A stretch of 64,000 nt of DNA from an uncultured bacterium. GTDB taxonomy: Bacteria; Eisenbacteria; RBG-16-71-46. The notes below the pieces were generated by a model. That model was not told the origin of the DNA. It ran no database searches and was given only the letters and a program-made list of their open reading frames with translations. The position numbers were made by a program, and so were the translations under genes. Of the stretch, positions 36,436 through 47,177 are shown piece after piece. Position 1 is the stretch's first letter. Each line of letters begins with the position of its first letter. The stretch is taken from positions 15,465 to 79,464 of the forward strand of contig CAZZLY010000004.1 of NCBI GenBank assembly GCA_964655175.1, read 5' to 3'.

Positions 36436-37583
36436 AGATCCTCATCGCGGGCGGCGGCACCGGTGGACACGTGTTCCCCGGTATCGCCGTGGCCGAGGAA
36501 TTGCGCGCGCATCATCCCGGTGTCGAGGTCGTGTTCGTGGGCGGACCGCGGGGCATCGAGGCCACCGCGGTGCCCGAGGCCAAGTTCCGCCTGCTCACGC
36601 TGTCCACCGCGGGCTTCCCGCGGCGCCAGCCGTGGCGTTGGCCGGGTGCGGCGTGCATCAACGTGTTCGGACTGTTCCAGGCGTTCGCGATCCTGTTGCG
36701 CGAGCGGCCCCGCGCCGTGCTCGGTACGGGCGGCTACGTGAGCGGCCCGGTGTCCTTCGCCGCGCGCGTGCTGGGCATCCCGCTGCTGCTGCAGGAGCAG
36801 AACAGCATCCCGGGCGTGACCAATCGCCTGTTGAGCCGGATCGCGAACGAGGTCCACCTGTCGTTCCTCGAGGCGCGCAGCCATTTCCCGCGCCGTGACC
36901 ACCTCAAGGTGACCGGCAACCCCGTGCGCGCCCACATCCTGTCGGGCGACCGCGAGCCGTCGCTGCGCGAGTTCAAGCTGTCCACCGCGAAGCCGACCCT
37001 GTTCATCTTCGGCGGCAGTCTGGGCGCCAAGCGCATCAACGCCGCGGCGGTGGATGCGCTGCGTCGTCTCAAGGGCCGCGTCGACGTGCAGTGCATCCTG
37101 CAGACGGGCAAGGAGGACCACGAGGCGACCAAGGCGCTCGTCGCCGCCGAGCAGCTGCCCGCGATCGTGCTGCCGTTCGTGAAGAAGATGCACCTCGCGT
37201 ACGCCGCCGCGGACCTGGTGGTGTGCCGCGCCGGCGCCATGACGCTGGCGGAGATCGCGGTCTGCGGGCGGCCCAGCATCCTCGTGCCGTACCCGTACGC
37301 GGCGCACGATCACCAGCGCGTCAACGCCCAGAACCTCGCCGACCGCGGCGCCGCCGTGGTCATCGAGGACGCCGACCTGACCGGCGAGCGGCTGGCCAAG
37401 GAGATCGCGCACCTGCTCGCCGACCGCACCGCGCTGTCGCGCATGTCGGCCAATGCGCGGCTGTTCGCGCGCCCCGACGCGGCCGCCCGCCTGGCGCGCG
37501 CGCTCGTCTCGTGGGCCGAGGGCCATCGTGGCGAGGAGCCCACCTCGCTCGACCCGGCCGACTACATGGAAGAGGGGAACTGA
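36432..37583 (+). CDS. murG: UDP-GlcNAc--undecaprenyl-PP-MurNAc-pentapeptide GlcNAc transferase MurG
   Basis: MKILIAGGGTGGHVFP; GT28 N-terminal and C-terminal domains. Confidence 0.9.
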   Translation: MKILIAGGGTGGHVFPGIAVAEELRAHHPGVEVVFVGGPRGIEATAVPEAKFRLLTLSTAGFPRRQPWRWPGAACINVFGLFQAFAILLRERPRAVLGTGGYVSGPVSFAARVLGIPLLLQEQNSIPGVTNRLLSRIANEVHLSFLEARSHFPRRDHLKVTGNPVRAHILSGDREPSLREFKLSTAKPTLFIFGGSLGAKRINAAAVDALRRLKGRVDVQCILQTGKEDHEATKALVAAEQLPAIVLPFVKKMHLAYAAADLVVCRAGAMTLAEIAVCGRPSILVPYPYAAHDHQRVNAQNLADRGAAVVIEDADLTGERLAKEIAHLLADRTALSRMSANARLFARPDAAARLARALVSWAEGHRGEEPTSLDPADYMEEGN

Positions 37584-37584
37584 C

Positions 37585-38976
37585 GTGTACGGGAGCACGC
37601 ACCGGATCCACTTCATCGGGGTCGGCGGCAGCGGCATGAGCGGGCTCGCCGAGGTGCTCCTCAACATGGGCTACATGGTGAGTGGCAGCGACCTCAAGGC
37701 GACCGAGGTCACCGACCGCATCGTGAGTCGCGGCGGCCGCGTGTTCACGGGTCACGCCGGCTCCAACGTGGACGGCGCCCAGGTCGTGGTCTACTCGTCC
37801 GCGGTCAAGCCCGACAACCCCGAACTCGTCGCCGCGCGCGCGGCCGGCATCCCCGTCATCTCGCGCGCCGACATGCTGGCCGAGCTCATGCGCATGAAGT
37901 ACGGCGTCGCGGTCGGCGGTTCGCACGGCAAGACGACCACGACCAGCATGGTCGCGGCGGTGCTGCAGCGCGGCGGGCTCGACCCGACCATCGTCGTGGG
38001 CGGCCGACTCAAGACGCTCGGGGCCAACGCCCAGCTCGGGCACGGCCGCTTCCTCGTGGCCGAGGCCGACGAGAGCGACGGATCGTTCCTGCGGCTCGCG
38101 CCCGCGGTCACGGTGATCACGAACATCGATCGTGAGCACCTCGACCACTACAAGGACCTCGACGACATCCGGCAGGCGTTCGTGTACTTCGCCAACCGTG
38201 TGCCGTTCTACGGCGTCACGGTGCTGTGCGTGGATGACGAGAACGTGCGCGGCATCCTGCCGCAGTTGACCAAGCGCCACATCCTGTACGGCACCGTGCC
38301 CGAGGCCGAGGTGCGCATGACCGGGCTCGAGCTGGTCGGCTCGGGCTCGCGCTTCACGGTCGAGGGCGGGGGGCGCGTGCTCGGCACGGTCACCCTGCAG
38401 GTGCCCGGTCGGCACAACGCCATGAACGCGCTCGCCGCGGTGGCGGTGGGGCTCGAGCTCGAGATCGGGTTCGCGCACATCGCCGAGGCGCTGGCGGGGT
38501 TCCACGGCGTCGGCCGCCGCTTCGAGCTGCGCGGCGAGGTCGCGGGCGTGCGCGTGGTGGACGACTACGGCCATCATCCGACCGAGGTCGCGGCGACGCT
38601 CGCCGCGGCGAAGCAGGTGGGCGGCCGCGTCCTGGTCGTGTTCCAGCCGCACCGCTACTCGCGCACGGTGGCGCTGCAGCGGGAGTTCGGCGCGTGCTTC
38701 GGCGATGCCGACCGCGCCTTCGTCATGGACGTGTACGCCGCCGGCGAGGCGCCGATCCCCGGCGTGAGCGGGCGGACCGTGGTCGAGGCGGCCGTCGCGC
38801 AGGGCGCGACGCACGTCGTCCACACGCCCACGGCCGAGGCCGCGCTCGAGGCGGTCCTGCGCGAGGCGCGCGCCGGCGACCTGGTGCTCACGCTGGGCGC
38901 GGGCGACGTCTCGAAGCTGGGCGACCGGGTACTGGACGGCCTGCGCGCCGCCACGGGTGCGGGGGAGACGCGATGA
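37585..38976 (+). CDS. murC: UDP-N-acetylmuramate--L-alanine ligase MurC
   Basis: HFIGVGGSGMSGLA; GSHGKTTTTSM; GTG start two nt after the murG stop. Confidence 0.9.
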   Translation: MYGSTHRIHFIGVGGSGMSGLAEVLLNMGYMVSGSDLKATEVTDRIVSRGGRVFTGHAGSNVDGAQVVVYSSAVKPDNPELVAARAAGIPVISRADMLAELMRMKYGVAVGGSHGKTTTTSMVAAVLQRGGLDPTIVVGGRLKTLGANAQLGHGRFLVAEADESDGSFLRLAPAVTVITNIDREHLDHYKDLDDIRQAFVYFANRVPFYGVTVLCVDDENVRGILPQLTKRHILYGTVPEAEVRMTGLELVGSGSRFTVEGGGRVLGTVTLQVPGRHNAMNALAAVAVGLELEIGFAHIAEALAGFHGVGRRFELRGEVAGVRVVDDYGHHPTEVAATLAAAKQVGGRVLVVFQPHRYSRTVALQREFGACFGDADRAFVMDVYAAGEAPIPGVSGRTVVEAAVAQGATHVVHTPTAEAALEAVLREARAGDLVLTLGAGDVSKLGDRVLDGLRAATGAGETR

Positions 38977-39803
38977 GCCGTTATCAGGGGAAGGCGCTGG
39001 CGCGCGAGCCGCGCGAGCGGGGTCCGCGCCGCAGTCCGGTGCAGCGGGTGCTGCGGGTGCTCGTGGCCATGGCGATCCTGGGTGGGCTCGCCATGGTGCC
39101 GTGGGGCCGCATGCGTCGCGAGCTGCTGGTGCTCGATCACGTCAAGGTGAGCGGGCTGCGCTATCTGGACGAGAGCGTCATCCGCAAGCGGTCGGGGCTC
39201 AAGAACGGGCAGGATCTGCTGGCGCTCGATCTGACGCGGGTGCGGCAGCTGGTGCTGCTCGAGCCGCGCCTCGAGTCGGCCAAGGTGCATCGCCACGGGT
39301 TGCGCGGCGTCGAGATCAAGGTCGTCGAACGCGTGCCCGCGCTCATGGTCGAGCACGGCGAGCCGTGGGAACTCGATGCCGAGGGCGTGCTGCTCGAGCC
39401 GTTGCAGACCGGGGTCGTCGCCGACGTGCCCATGCTGGTCGGTCCCAACCTGGAGAATCGTCTCCCCGGCAGCCTCGTGCAGACGCCCGAGGTGAAACGA
39501 GGACTGGCGTGGACGGCCGTTTTGAATGACAATGCGCTCCGGCTCACCGGACAGGTCTCGGAGGTCGACGTCACCGATCCGCGTGTCACCCGTCTCGTCA
39601 TGATGAATGGCGTGCGCGTCGTGGCACCGGCTTGGCCGAACGGCGCCCGACAGTTGTCCGGACTGCGAGCCACACTCGCCGACCTCCACGCGAAAGGCAT
39701 GATGCCACGCGAGGTCGACGTGCGTTTCAAGGATCAGATCGTCGTGCGCGGCGCGAGGCCCGAAGCCCCGGTCGCCACGACCACGACATCTCGCGAGAGT
39801 TAG
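38973..39803 (+). CDS. ftsQ: Cell division protein FtsQ (POTRA domain)
   Basis: N-terminal TM (VLVAMAILGGLAMV), then a POTRA-like region (LVLDHVKVSGLRYLDESVI). Sits directly between murC and ftsA. Confidence 0.75.
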   Translation: MSRYQGKALAREPRERGPRRSPVQRVLRVLVAMAILGGLAMVPWGRMRRELLVLDHVKVSGLRYLDESVIRKRSGLKNGQDLLALDLTRVRQLVLLEPRLESAKVHRHGLRGVEIKVVERVPALMVEHGEPWELDAEGVLLEPLQTGVVADVPMLVGPNLENRLPGSLVQTPEVKRGLAWTAVLNDNALRLTGQVSEVDVTDPRVTRLVMMNGVRVVAPAWPNGARQLSGLRATLADLHAKGMMPREVDVRFKDQIVVRGARPEAPVATTTTSRES

Positions 39804-39824
39804 CCCACGAGGGAGGGACCCCCC

Positions 39825-41063
39825 ATGGCGCAGGCGACACGGGTGTACGCCGGACTGGACATCGGCACGACCAAGATCTCGTGCATCATCGCCGATCGGA
39901 ACGCGGCGGGTGAGATGCGCATCCTCGGTGTCGGCAACGCGCCGAGCGACGGTCTGCGTCGCGGCGCCGTGGTCGACCTCGAGAAGACCGTCGCCAGTGT
40001 CACCAAGGCCGTCGAAGAGGCCGAGCGCATGGCGAACGTGCAGGCCAAGGGCGTGCACGCGGGCATCGCCGGTGACCACATCCGCAGCCTCAACAGCCGC
40101 GGTGTCGTGTCGGTCTCGCGCAAGGACAACGAGATCGCCGCCGCCGACGTGTCGCGCGTCATCGAGGCCGCCAAGGCGATCGCCATCCCCATGGACCGCG
40201 AGATCATCCACGTGATCCCGCAGGAGTTCATGGTCGACGAGCAGGCCGGCATCAAGCAGCCGGTCGGCATGAGCGGCGTGCGCCTCGAGGCCGAGGTCCA
40301 CATCATCACCGGTGCGGTCACGAGCGCGCGCAACATCTGCCGCGCCATCCAGCGCGCCGACCTCAAGGTGTACGACCTCACGCTGCAGCCGCTCGCCTCG
40401 GCGGCGGCCGTGCTCGACCACGACGAGAAGGACCTGGGCGTCGTGCTGCTCGACATCGGCGGCGGCACCACCGACGTCGCCGTGTTCCACGAGGGCGCGG
40501 TGCGGCACACGAGCATCATCCCGTTCGGCGGCGCCAACGTGACGAGCGACATCGCCATCGGGTTGCGCACGCCGATCGACAAGGCCGAGGCCATCAAGAT
40601 CCAGTACGGCGCGGCGCTCGCCGCGATCGTCGGCGGGGACGAGATGGTGGGCGTCTCCGGCGTGGGCGGACGCGCCGAGAAGGAGATCTCGCGCCACACG
40701 CTCGCGTCCATGATCGAGCCGCGCATGGAGGAGATCTTCCAGCTCGCGAACAAGGAGGTCCGCAAGAACCACTTCGCGCCCCTGATCGGTGGCGGCGTCG
40801 TGCTGACGGGCGGGACCTCGCTGCTGCCCGGTGCGGTCGAACTCGCCGAGCAGGTGTTCGAGATGCCGGTGCGCATCGGTCTGCCGCGCGGGCTGACCGG
40901 GTTGTCCCCGAATCTCGCCGATCCCCGTTACGCGACGGGCATCGGTCTGGTGCTCCACGCGGCGCAGGCCGAGGCGGAGCCCATGCAGGATCTGGTCGAA
41001 TCGGGAGCGGGCCGGACTCGCCCGCTGCTCGACATCAAGAGCTGGTTCTCCAACCTCTTCTAG
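39825..41063 (+). CDS. ftsA: Cell division protein FtsA
   Basis: Actin-like ATPase motifs (GLDIGTTKISC, DIGGGTTDVAVF). Confidence 0.9.
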   Translation: MAQATRVYAGLDIGTTKISCIIADRNAAGEMRILGVGNAPSDGLRRGAVVDLEKTVASVTKAVEEAERMANVQAKGVHAGIAGDHIRSLNSRGVVSVSRKDNEIAAADVSRVIEAAKAIAIPMDREIIHVIPQEFMVDEQAGIKQPVGMSGVRLEAEVHIITGAVTSARNICRAIQRADLKVYDLTLQPLASAAAVLDHDEKDLGVVLLDIGGGTTDVAVFHEGAVRHTSIIPFGGANVTSDIAIGLRTPIDKAEAIKIQYGAALAAIVGGDEMVGVSGVGGRAEKEISRHTLASMIEPRMEEIFQLANKEVRKNHFAPLIGGGVVLTGGTSLLPGAVELAEQVFEMPVRIGLPRGLTGLSPNLADPRYATGIGLVLHAAQAEAEPMQDLVESGAGRTRPLLDIKSWFSNLF

Positions 41064-41126
41064 TCCATCACGCCGAGCGCACTCGGGCCGGGAGCCCGGG
41101 GCCTCGAACACTGGAGGGTTCCCCGC

Positions 41127-42338
41127 ATGTCCTCGTTCGAACTCGAGATCGACCGCACCGACTCCGCCAAGCTCAAGGTCATCGGCTGTGGTGGTGCCGG
41201 AGGTAATGCCGTCAACCGCATGATCGGTGCGGGGTTGCGCGGCGTCGAGTTCATCGTGGCCAACACGGACACCCAGGCGTTGGCGCAGTCGCTGGCGCCC
41301 ACCCGGCTGCAGATCGGCGCGGTCACCACGCGCGGTCTGGGCTCGGGCGGTGACCCCTCGACGGGCCGTCGCTCCGCCGAGGAGGACGAGGCGGTGCTGC
41401 TCGACGCGCTGCAGGGCGCGGACATGGTGTTCATCACCGCCGGCATGGGCGGCGGCACGGGCACGGGCTCGGCGCCGGTGGTGGCGCGGCTCGCCCGTCA
41501 GGCCGGTGCGCTCACCGTGGCGGTGGTCTCCAAGCCGTTCATGTTCGAGGGTCGCAAGCGCATGCAGCAGGCCGAGCAGGGGCTGGCCGAACTGCGCGCC
41601 GAGGTGGACACGCTGCTCGTGATCCCGAACGAGCGCCTGCTCGCGGTGGTCGACAAGAGCACGCCGCTGTCCGAGGCGTTCGCGGTCGCCGACAACGTGC
41701 TGCTGCAGGCCACCAAGGGCATCTCGGAGCTGGTCACGGTGCCGGGTCTCGTCAACCTCGACTTCGCCGACGTCAAGAGCATCATGGCCAACCGCGGCAA
41801 CGCCCTCATGGGCTCGGGCCGCGCCTCGGGCCCCAACCGCGCACTCGAGGCGGCGAGCCAGGCGGTCGCGAGCCCGCTGCTCGAGGACGTCTCGATCCAC
41901 GGTGCGCAGGGCGTGCTCGTCAACATCACCGGTGGGCGCGACCTGTCGCTGTTCGAGGTGAACGAGGCCGCGCAGGTCGTCACGCAGGCGGCCGGCGAAG
42001 AGGCCAACGTGATCTTCGGTGCGGTCATCGACCCGTCGCTCGAGGGCGAACTGCTCATCACGGTCGTGGCGACCGGCTTCGGGGTGCAGCCCGCTCGCGG
42101 CACGCGCACGATGGCCACGCCGCGTGCGGCGGCGACCACGCCCAGCTCGAGCACGACCACGCCGACCCCGGCCGCCGAGCCGGCCGTCGCCGCGACCGTG
42201 CCCGACGAGTACGAGGGCATGTCCACGCCGGCGTGGCAGCGCCGTGGGGATTCGAGCCGTCCGCGCTTCGGCCGCGAGGCCACGTCGCGCGGCGATTCGC
42301 TCGAGATCCCGACGTTCCTCCGCCGTCAGATGGACTGA
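41127..42338 (+). CDS. ftsZ: Cell division GTPase FtsZ
   Basis: Tubulin signature GGGTGTG, a T7 loop, and the C-terminal conserved peptide [12 protein letters not shown]. Confidence 0.95.
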   Translation: MSSFELEIDRTDSAKLKVIGCGGAGGNAVNRMIGAGLRGVEFIVANTDTQALAQSLAPTRLQIGAVTTRGLGSGGDPSTGRRSAEEDEAVLLDALQGADMVFITAGMGGGTGTGSAPVVARLARQAGALTVAVVSKPFMFEGRKRMQQAEQGLAELRAEVDTLLVIPNERLLAVVDKSTPLSEAFAVADNVLLQATKGISELVTVPGLVNLDFADVKSIMANRGNALMGSGRASGPNRALEAASQAVASPLLEDVSIHGAQGVLVNITGGRDLSLFEVNEAAQVVTQAAGEEANVIFGAVIDPSLEGELLITVVATGFGVQPARGTRTMATPRAAATTPSSSTTTPTPAAEPAVAATVPDEYEGMSTPAWQRRGDSSRPRFGREATSRGDSLEIPTFLRRQMD

Positions 42339-42349
42339 GGTCCGCGTGG

Positions 42350-43989
42350 CCTTCCTGAGGTCGTTGGTGAAGTGGGGGCACAACCGCCGCTACAACGAGG
42401 GCATCCTCCACTTCAATCAGGGCGACTTCGAGCGGGCCGCCGAGTGCTTCGAGCGGGTCCTGCAGGAGGTCCGGGATCCGGACGATCCCGACCACTGCCT
42501 GGCGCTCGTGCACGCGGCGGAGGCGCGCGCCAATCTGGGACTCGCGTACCTGCAGGCGGGCGACCACGCCCGCGCGGAAGCCGAGTTCACGCGCGCGCTC
42601 GACGAGAACCCCACGTTCCCCGACCTGCGCTACCAGCGCGCGCGCCTGTACGAGCGCTCGGGCCGACTCGCCGAGGCGGTGGCCGACCTCGAGCGTGCGA
42701 TCGACGAGCACCCGCACTACATGGAGGCGCACCTGCTGCTCGCGGTGTGCCTCGGGGCGCTGGGCGATCGCGAGCGCTCGTCGGCCGAACTGGGCGAGGC
42801 CCTCACGCTGGGACTCGAGGCGCCCGACTGGGTGACGCCCGAGGTCGCGCGCGAGTGGAGCGGGGAGCAGTGGCGTCGGCTGTTGCCCGGCAGCAGCGAC
42901 CGCGCCGTGCATCGCAGTCCTCTCGATGACGCGCTCGCGCGGCAGCAGGCGGGCGATCTCGACGGTGCGGTGGCGGCGTTGCTGCAGGCGGTCCACGACA
43001 AGCCCGGCTACGCCGACCTGCGCTGCCGCCTCGCGGGCCTGCTGCTCGAGGCCAAGCGCCTCGACGAGGCGTTGGGCCATCTGCGCGTGGCGCTCGAACT
43101 CAATCCGCGTTACCTCGAGGCGCGCCTGCTCGCCGCGCGCGTGCAGTTGGAGCGCGGGGATGCGCGCGGCGCGGAGGCGCACGCCCTCGCCGCGCTCGAG
43201 ACGTACCCGCAGTACCCCGACCTGTGGTTCTGGCTGGGGCTGGCGCGGTTCCGTGCCGCCGACCTCGAGGGCGCGCGCGAGCCGCTCGAACGCGCCGTCG
43301 ATCTCAATCGCCAGTTCGCGCGCGCCCAGCGCCTGCTCGGGCTCGTCTACCACGCGCTCGGTCGTCAGGACGACGCGCTGCGCGCGGTCCGGCGCGGGCT
43401 CGCGCGTGGCAGCGAGGCGCCGCGCGCCGCGCTCGCCGAGTCGCAGATGCTGTACGAGCTCGGTGACCTGAACGGGGCGGAAGAGGCGGTGCGGCGCGCG
43501 CTGGGGCTGTCGCCCGAGTGGCCCGATCTGCACTTCGCGCTCGCACGCATCCTGCGCGCGCTCGACCGGCTCGAGGAGGCGTCGGCCGCCTACGATCGCG
43601 CGCTCGAGTTGGCGCCCGGCTACGACGCGGCCGCGCTCGAGGGTGCCGCGCTCGCGATCGAGATGGCGCGACCCGAGCGGGCCGAGGGCCGCCTCGTCGC
43701 CCTGCTCGGTCGTCGGCCCCGCTGGGCCGACGCGCATGCGCTGCTGGGCCGGGTGCGGCTCATGCGCGACGATGCCGCCGGGGCCGAGACCGCGTTGCGA
43801 GCGGCGCTCGAGTTGCACCCGGGCTTCGCCGCCGCCCGCGCCGACCTGGGCTGGGCGCTGCTGCGACTGGGCCGCGCGACGGAGGCCGATGCCGAGTTCG
43901 CGCAGGCGCTCGAACTCGACCCGTTGCACGCGCTGCCGCGCGAGCAGATGGCCTGGCGCGAGCTGCTCGTGCCGACCCGCGACGCCTGA
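42350..43989 (+). CDS. TPR-repeat protein immediately downstream of ftsZ
   Basis: About 14 TPR-like repeats (for example AEARANLGLAYLQAGDHARAEAEFTRALDENPTF). Start codon uncertain: GTG at 42350, with TTG/GTG at 42368/42371 as alternatives. No terminator between ftsZ and this gene. Confidence 0.65.
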
Positions 43990-44010
43990 CCCGCGCGCGG
44001 GGGACATGAA

Positions 44011-44044
44011 GAAGGCCCGGTTCCCTCGCGGGGACCGGGCCTTC
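44011..44044. terminator. Bidirectional stem-loop between the convergent TPR gene and rpmB
   Basis: GAAGGCCCGGT TCCCTCGCGGGGA ACCGGGCCTTC: an 11 bp perfect outer stem plus an inner TCCC/GGGA pairing. Lies between the stops of two convergent genes. Confidence 0.5.
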
Positions 44045-44064
44045 GTCGTGGAGCAGAGGACGCG

Positions 44065-44280
44065 TCAGACGGCTGCGGTGGCCTTACCGCCGCGGACGGC
44101 CTTCTCGATCTTGCCGCCCCGCAGGCAGCGCGTGCACACGGCGACCTGCTTCGGACGCCCCGCGACGAGCGCGCGGATGTTCTGGATATTGGGCTTGAAG
44201 GTGCGCTTGGTCACATTGTTGGCGTGGCTGACATTCTGGCCCGCCATGCGCATCTTGCCGCAAACGAAGCACTTCGCCAT
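44065..44280 (-). CDS. rpmB: 50S ribosomal protein L28
   Basis: 71 aa, MAKCFVCGK...[18 protein letters not shown]... matches the L28 family. AAGGAG RBS 7 nt upstream on the - strand. Confidence 0.9.
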   Translation of the reverse strand: MAKCFVCGKMRMAGQNVSHANNVTKRTFKPNIQNIRALVAGRPKQVAVCTRCLRGGKIEKAVRGGKATAAV

Positions 44281-44537
44281 GGGAATCTCCTTCAGGAACC
44301 GGGCCCGCGGACGCGTCGGCGCGCCACACGCAGGCCACTCGAAATCATGAGCCGGGGACTATAGCGGGGACGGGGGGCCGTGTAAAGCCGCACCCGGCCC
44401 GGCGCCCGCCCGGGGCCCGCGCGAGCGGTCGGACGGGGGCGGGGCGCCCCGGGCGAGCCCCGGGCCGCCCCGCGGGCCCTTCCCGAACCGCCCCCGGGGC
44501 GCGTATGGTGCCGCGGCCCGCCCCCGGCGGCCCCACC

Positions 44538-46646
44538 ATGACCACGAAACGCCCCTCCGGCTCCGCGCCCCCACTCGACCCCCGCACCCGGCTGCAGTTC
44601 CTGCCCGGGATCGGGCCGCAGCGCGCGCTGGCGTTCGAGCGGCTGGGCCTCATGACGCTCGAGCACCTGGTGCGGCACGTGCCGCGCACCTGGCTCGACG
44701 CGAGCCGGTTCGTGAAGGTGCGCGACCTGCGCCCGGGCGAACTCGTCACGGTGATCGGGACGATCAAGCACGCGACCCCGCTGCGCACGCGCGGGGGACG
44801 CGGCGACTTCGCGGCCTCGCTCGCCGACGAGACCGGCACCCTGGGCCTGTACTTCTTCGGGCAGTCGTGGCTCGCGCGCACCCTGGCGCCGGGCACGCGC
44901 GTCGTCGTGAGCGGCGAACTGGGCGAGGGGCACGAGCGGCAGATGCTCAACCCGATGTTCGAGGTGCTCGAGGGCGAGGTCGAGGACCTGCTGCACACCG
45001 GACGACTCGTCCCCGTGCACGCGCTCACGCGCGGCGTCACCGCGCGCGGCATGCGGCAGGCGGTGCATCGCGCGCTCGAGGCGGTCGCCACGCAGATGAC
45101 CGACGGCATCCCCGCCGAGGTCGTGGCGGCGCAGGGGCTGTCGCCGTTGGCCACCGCCCTGCGCGACATCCACTTCCCACCCGATGCGCGCGCCCTCGAG
45201 GCGGCCCGCACGCGACTCGCGTGGGAGGAGCTGTTCCACCTCCAGATGGTCATGGAACTGCGCCGTCGCGTGCTGAGCGAGGAGGGCCGCGCGCTGGCGC
45301 TGACCGGCCCCGGGACGCTCGCGGCCACGGTGCGCGCGTCGCTGCCGTTCACGCTCACCGAGGGACAGGACGAGGCGCTGCGCGACATCGCGGCCGACCT
45401 CGCGCGCCCGTGCCCCATGCACCGCCTCGTCGTGGGCGACGTGGGCAGCGGTAAGACCGTCGTCGCGCTGCTCGCCGCCTGCGCCGCGCTCGAGGTGGGG
45501 CAGCAGGCGGCGCTGCTCGCACCCACCGAGATCCTGGCGCGCCAGCACGGCGCCAGCCTCGTGCGTCACGCGGCCGCGAGCGGCGTCCCGGTGGCGGTGC
45601 TCACCGGCGCGACGCCCGCCGCCGAGCGCCGCGCACTGCAGAAGCGTCTCGACGCGGGTGAGCCGCTGCTCGTCGTGGGTACGCACGCGCTGCTCGAGGA
45701 CAAGGTCCGCATCCCGAACCTCGCGCTCGCGATCGTCGACGAGCAGCATCGCTTCGGGGTGCGTCAGCGCGCCGCGCTCGCGTCCAAGGGCGTGCTGCCG
45801 CACGTGCTCGTGCTCACCGCCACGCCCATCCCGCGCACGCTGCAACTGGCGTGCTTCGGTGACCTCGACCTGAGCCTGCTCAAGGGGCGTCCGGCGGGCC
45901 GCGGGCGGATCGTCACGCGCGTGACCCACGAAGGCAAGTTCCCGCAGGTGATCGAGTTCATGTCGCGCGAGCTCGCGGCGGGCCGACAGGCGTACGTGGT
46001 CGTACCGGCCATCGAGGACAACACGCGCATCGAGCTCAAGGCCGCCGAGAGCGAGGTCGTGCGGTTGCGGTCGCAGCCGCTGCTCGCCCCGTACCGGGTC
46101 GGACTGCTGCACGGGCGCATGAAGGCCGACGAGAAGCAGCGCATCATGGACGAGTTCCGAAGCGGCGCGCTGCACGTGCTCGTGGCGACCACGGTCATCG
46201 AGGTCGGCGTGGACGTGCCCAACGCCACGATCATGATGGTCGAGAACGCCGAGCGGTTCGGGCTCACGCAGCTGCACCAGCTGCGCGGGCGCGTCGGGCG
46301 CGGCGCGCACCGCTCGGTGTGCGTGCTCATCGCGGGGCGTTCGGCCGGCGCGCGGGCGCACGAGCGGCTCAAGGTCATGACCGACACCGACGACGGCTTC
46401 GCGCTCGCGGAGGCCGACCTGCGATTGCGCGGCTTCGGCGAGCTGTGGGGCACGCGCCAGGCGGGTCTGCCCGAGTTCAAGTTGGCCGATCTGAGCCGCG
46501 ACGAACCGCTGCTGCTCGCCGCGCGCGACGCCGCCCGTGCACTGATCGCCGGCGATCCGCACCTGCTCGCGCCCGCGCACGCCGCACTGCGCACGCTGTT
46601 GCGCGAGCGGTTCCGCGAGCCGCTCGAGATGGCGCTCGCGGGCTAG
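44538..46646 (+). CDS. recG: ATP-dependent DNA helicase RecG
   Basis: Wedge domain, helicase motifs ([25 protein letters not shown]) and the C-terminal RecG TRG motif region. Alternative upstream ATG at 44505. Confidence 0.9.
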   Translation: MTTKRPSGSAPPLDPRTRLQFLPGIGPQRALAFERLGLMTLEHLVRHVPRTWLDASRFVKVRDLRPGELVTVIGTIKHATPLRTRGGRGDFAASLADETGTLGLYFFGQSWLARTLAPGTRVVVSGELGEGHERQMLNPMFEVLEGEVEDLLHTGRLVPVHALTRGVTARGMRQAVHRALEAVATQMTDGIPAEVVAAQGLSPLATALRDIHFPPDARALEAARTRLAWEELFHLQMVMELRRRVLSEEGRALALTGPGTLAATVRASLPFTLTEGQDEALRDIAADLARPCPMHRLVVGDVGSGKTVVALLAACAALEVGQQAALLAPTEILARQHGASLVRHAAASGVPVAVLTGATPAAERRALQKRLDAGEPLLVVGTHALLEDKVRIPNLALAIVDEQHRFGVRQRAALASKGVLPHVLVLTATPIPRTLQLACFGDLDLSLLKGRPAGRGRIVTRVTHEGKFPQVIEFMSRELAAGRQAYVVVPAIEDNTRIELKAAESEVVRLRSQPLLAPYRVGLLHGRMKADEKQRIMDEFRSGALHVLVATTVIEVGVDVPNATIMMVENAERFGLTQLHQLRGRVGRGAHRSVCVLIAGRSAGARAHERLKVMTDTDDGFALAEADLRLRGFGELWGTRQAGLPEFKLADLSRDEPLLLAARDAARALIAGDPHLLAPAHAALRTLLRERFREPLEMALAG

Positions 46647-46706
46647 GGCCACGACCCCGGATTCCGCCCGTGACGACGGGGCGGGGGACGCGTTAGGCTG
46701 CGGCGC

Positions 46707-47096
46707 ATGACCGGACTCTCGCTGCAGTGCCCCGCCTGTCACACCGCCTATCTGCTGCCGCCCGCACTGCTCGGCGACGCCGGGGCGCGCGTGCGCTGCC
46801 CGTCGTGCGAACACGAGTTCACGGTGGACGCGAGCGGTCGGCCGGTCGGTGCCGCGGCCGGCGATCCGCATCGCGAGGTCGCGCACGCGGTGCTCGAGGA
46901 ACTGGCGCAGCGCATCGGGCCGGGGCTCGAGATGGCGCTCGCCGAGCGGCGGCTGTTCGCCGACCATGGTCCGGCGATCATGGCGAGTTGGGACGAGTAC
47001 CGCCGCCGCATCGGGCCCGACGCGCCGTCGCACGCGTTCCGCGAGGCGCTGCGTGCGCGCTTCGGCGTCGAGTTGTTCCCCGCCGGCGGCGACTGA
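46707..47096 (+). CDS. MJ0042-type zinc-ribbon domain protein
   Basis: N-terminal LQCPACHTAYLLP...RVRCPSCEHEF (two CPxC pairs); no other recognisable domain. Confidence 0.5.
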   Translation: MTGLSLQCPACHTAYLLPPALLGDAGARVRCPSCEHEFTVDASGRPVGAAAGDPHREVAHAVLEELAQRIGPGLEMALAERRLFADHGPAIMASWDEYRRRIGPDAPSHAFREALRARFGVELFPAGGD

Positions 47097-47118
47097 GCGT
47101 TCGCATCGAATCCCGTGC

Positions 47119-47160
47119 ACACGAGGACGGCCACACCCGCGAGGGTGTGGCCGTCTCGTG
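47119..47160. terminator. Bidirectional stem-loop between the convergent zinc-ribbon gene and the PAP2-like gene
   Basis: ACGAGGACGGCCACACCC gcga GGGTGTGGCCGTCTCGT: about a 17 bp stem with one bulge and a 4 nt loop. Confidence 0.45.
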
Positions 47161-47177
47161 ATCCGGACCGATCGCGA

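Noticed and set aside
38655-42383. 1242 aa minus-strand ORF antisense to ftsQ-ftsA-ftsZ
   Set aside because: Antisense to ftsA/ftsZ, which show canonical motifs. Arg/Asp/Gly-rich junk translation.
44292-47120. 942 aa minus-strand ORF antisense to recG
   Set aside because: recG on the + strand has all helicase motifs; the minus-strand ORF is low complexity.
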